From contig NC_027220.1 of assembly GCF_000981445.1 (NCBI RefSeq), positions 1 through 64,000 of the forward strand: DNA of 64,000 nucleotides, written 5' to 3'. Below the pieces are notes generated by a model, which searched no databases, had not been told where the DNA came from, and saw only the letters and a list, made by a program, of their open reading frames with translations. The DNA comes from Babesia bigemina (Eukaryota). Numbering within the stretch: the first letter of the stretch is position 1; each line of letters begins with the position of its first letter. The translations under genes were made by a program, and so were the position numbers. Shown here one piece after another: positions 61,301 through 64,000 of the stretch.

Positions 61301-64000
61301 GACGAAACTTTAGCACAGCGTACCGAGTTTTTGGGGGCATCAACGGGTCATATTATCACTCCTGGAAAGATATCCTGTGTTAAAGACACGAATGAACAGG
61401 GTTGGACGAGCTGTTTTGTCGCCACCGCAATACCTAACGAGCTGCTTCACCTTTCTATTTGCAAGGATACATATGCGATCAAAATTTTGAGCCGTTACAA
61501 GTCCGGCATGTCGGTTGATGATCTGGATCCCAAGATGGGGTCCATCGCGTCGTTGTTCGCTACGATCTATGAGGATGACAAAAATAAGCACCTGGTGATA
61601 TTTGCTTTGCGTGAGGACGGTGAACACGGAGGTCTGTACAAGACCGCGAGCGACTCAAGCGTGATATCGTTCGTCTCTCCTCTCACGAACGTGGGTCACG
61701 GTGCATTCATGCGGGGCATCTACCCCGTTTTCAATGACGAGACCAACCGCAGTGCCATGGTGCTTTGCGAGATCTATCCGAAGGATGTAATTGACTCTAC
61801 CATGGAATTAGAGAAGGTTTTCGAACGTACCGGGGACTATGACTCCTCTCGCTTCCGCCTTACGTGGGCTCCTTATACTGAGATCGTTCACGTGCCGGAG
61901 CTGAGTTACAAGGTGGATCCTCATATGACCATCGGCACGTCCTACCATTTCACTCCTCTGCTTGGCCCCATCCCCGATCGGTTCCCATTGGCGATTCAAT
62001 GGCTGTTGGACCCCAAGCAAAACGTTGACAAAGCTATTTTTGAAGAGGTGGCCAAAATCAGCGACAGTGGAGCGTTAACTATCATGTCAAAACGTCCTTT
62101 CAATGGCCGTTTTGACGTTGTAAGGCGTATTTTGTGGTCAACGTCGACTGCGACCATCGAGGTCGACTTCTTATGCCCTGACGGCACGTATTATGATGGC
62201 ACGGCATGCAAAGAGTGCCCCCTGGGTACCTATAATGCCCTTAAACTTGTCCAGGAGGATCGCACCCTCATTTCACGTTGCAAATCCTGCCCTCGTTTCG
62301 AGACCACTGCCACAGTGGGTGCGTTGTCGGCGGATGAGTGCAAGTGTATACACGGTTATGCGGTTAGCGATTTGTCTTCGGGTGGTTCGCGTTGCAAGCC
62401 GTGTTCTGGCACTTCATACAAATCCATATTTGGTGATGAGCAGTGCCTGCCGACGTGTGGTAAGAACATGTTTTCCAGGACTGCGGCGAACGCATCTCAG
62501 GTGGATGTGTTCTGCCGTTGTTACCCCGGGTACTACCTAAACCGCAGTAGGAATTCGGCGGGCGGTTGTCTACCGTGTGAGAAAGGGTATTATTGTGTGG
62601 GAGGTTACAAAGCTAAGCAGAAGAAGTGCCCGATATACACCACGACCACCATCACTGCGGCGAAGAGCCTCTCCGACTGTGTCTGCATGGCTGGTTACGA
62701 GCCTGCTAACAGCAGCCGCTTGTCGATCGAAGGCACGTACGAGAACAAGCTGTATAAGCTGATATCGTCCAAATACCACACCACAGGCAATGACATCATG
62801 GTGTGTGTCCCATGCGGTTACACCAAGTACAAGGAGACCCCCGGGCCTCACGCGTGTACGTCGTGTCCTGGCAGAACTCACGCCGCGTCTACCACCAACA
62901 CGAATCAAGACCAGTGCAATCGCTGTCCACCGGGCTACTACGAGACCAATGACCCATCGTATCCGTGCGATGTTTGCAGCCCCAATCACATCTGCGTGGG
63001 TTCTGACCCAATGGACCCTGCGCTGATGCTGTACAGCGGTAAGCGTATTAAGTGTGACAAGAACTCTGTGACTCTCGTGCCATTTGAGGAAAACGTGCAC
63101 CTCGCCAGCTGTCTGTGCGACAAGGGCTACATGGCTCGTACGCGTACCGGTATTGTGAAGTGCGAGGCGGTTCCCAAGAACACATACAAGGATGTGGTAG
63201 GAAATGTCGGTCCAACTAACTGTCCGCCCGGGTCCTACACGTTGAAAATCGGCGCAACTGACGTCTCCGAATGTGTCTGCAAGAGGGGCATGTTCTTCGA
63301 CAAGGACAACAAGCGGTGCACGGTTTGCCCCGTCGGTATGTACTGCCTTGGTGGCCGTTTACCAAACGGCGAGCACATGTTGCCCATGATGTGCACAGAC
63401 GGCAACGCGGTCACTAAAGATGGCGGAGCCACGAGCCCCGGTGAATGTCTGTGCAAGCCTGGCTTTTACTTACGGCAAGATGGTCGCGGTGGGTGTGTTG
63501 AGTGCCCCGAAAACACGTACAAATCATTCATTTCGAATGAAAGCTGCAGTCAGTGCCCCAAGAATTCTTTGACCTACGGGCAGGTTGGAGCCACATCCAA
63601 GGATCAATGCATTTGCGCCCCTGGATATTATTTTAGCGGCACATGTAGAGCATGCGGCTTTCCTGATAAATATTGCCCCGGAGGTATCATCAGTAAGCAC
63701 GACGATGATACGGGAAAAGACATATATGAAACAAGTGCTCCCGTAGACTGCCCACCGCATACTGAAATCCCACCAGGTGTTGACACGGCAGATAGTGTGG
63801 ACTTTTGCAAGTGTGGCAAAGGGTACGCATTTGCAAAACATAGTGACAATTCACAAACAAAAACTTGCGTCCCTTGCCCACCTGGCTCATACAAGGGTTC
63901 CGTTATGGATTCGAGTTGCAACGGGTTGTGTACCCAGAACGCCACCAGCCTACCGGGCGCGTTCAGCCCGAGCCAGTGCTTCTGCCAAAAAGGGTACTAC
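58344..64000 (+). CDS. Cysteine-repeat modular protein (CRMP/PCRMP-like; GCC2_GCC3/ephrin-receptor-like repeats), 5' part; runs off the right edge
   Basis: Signal-peptide exon 58344-58421, a 19-nt exon 58492-58510, then an open frame from 58575 to the window end. Cys-repeats begin at ~62170: CPDGTYYDGTACKECPLGTYN, CEKGYYCVGG, CVCMAGY, CPVGMYCLGG and CPPGSYK. Confidence 0.85.

Overview
Eukaryotic, gene-dense DNA with very short GT-AG introns (about 30-40 nt), from a piroplasm. It is most likely Babesia sensu stricto (B. bigemina/B. ovata-like), judged from the ves1-type antigen genes. The left ~30 kb is an accessory, host-interaction region. It holds a head-to-head pair of ves1/VESA1-like variant antigen genes, an intronless APRT-fold phosphoribosyltransferase with altered active-site motifs, a Tpr/ENT-like multipass membrane protein, a secreted FAINT (DUF529) protein and a 2022-aa membrane-anchored protein built from ~370-aa repeats. 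Apparent decayed gene fragments flank the APRT-fold gene. The right ~34 kb is a GC-richer housekeeping block: HIT/HINT, START-domain protein, cytosolic GluRS, Yos1, gamma-tubulin complex component, exosome RNase PH subunit, RPL8, aconitase, a pseudo-patatin, an atypical glutaredoxin, Tom40, apicoplast-type LepA/GUF1 and the 5' part of a cysteine-repeat modular protein (CRMP). The best candidate for new biology is the divergent APRT-fold enzyme next to an ENT-derived Tpr-like transporter, a possible unconventional purine-salvage module. All calls come from motif recognition by eye; no searches were run.
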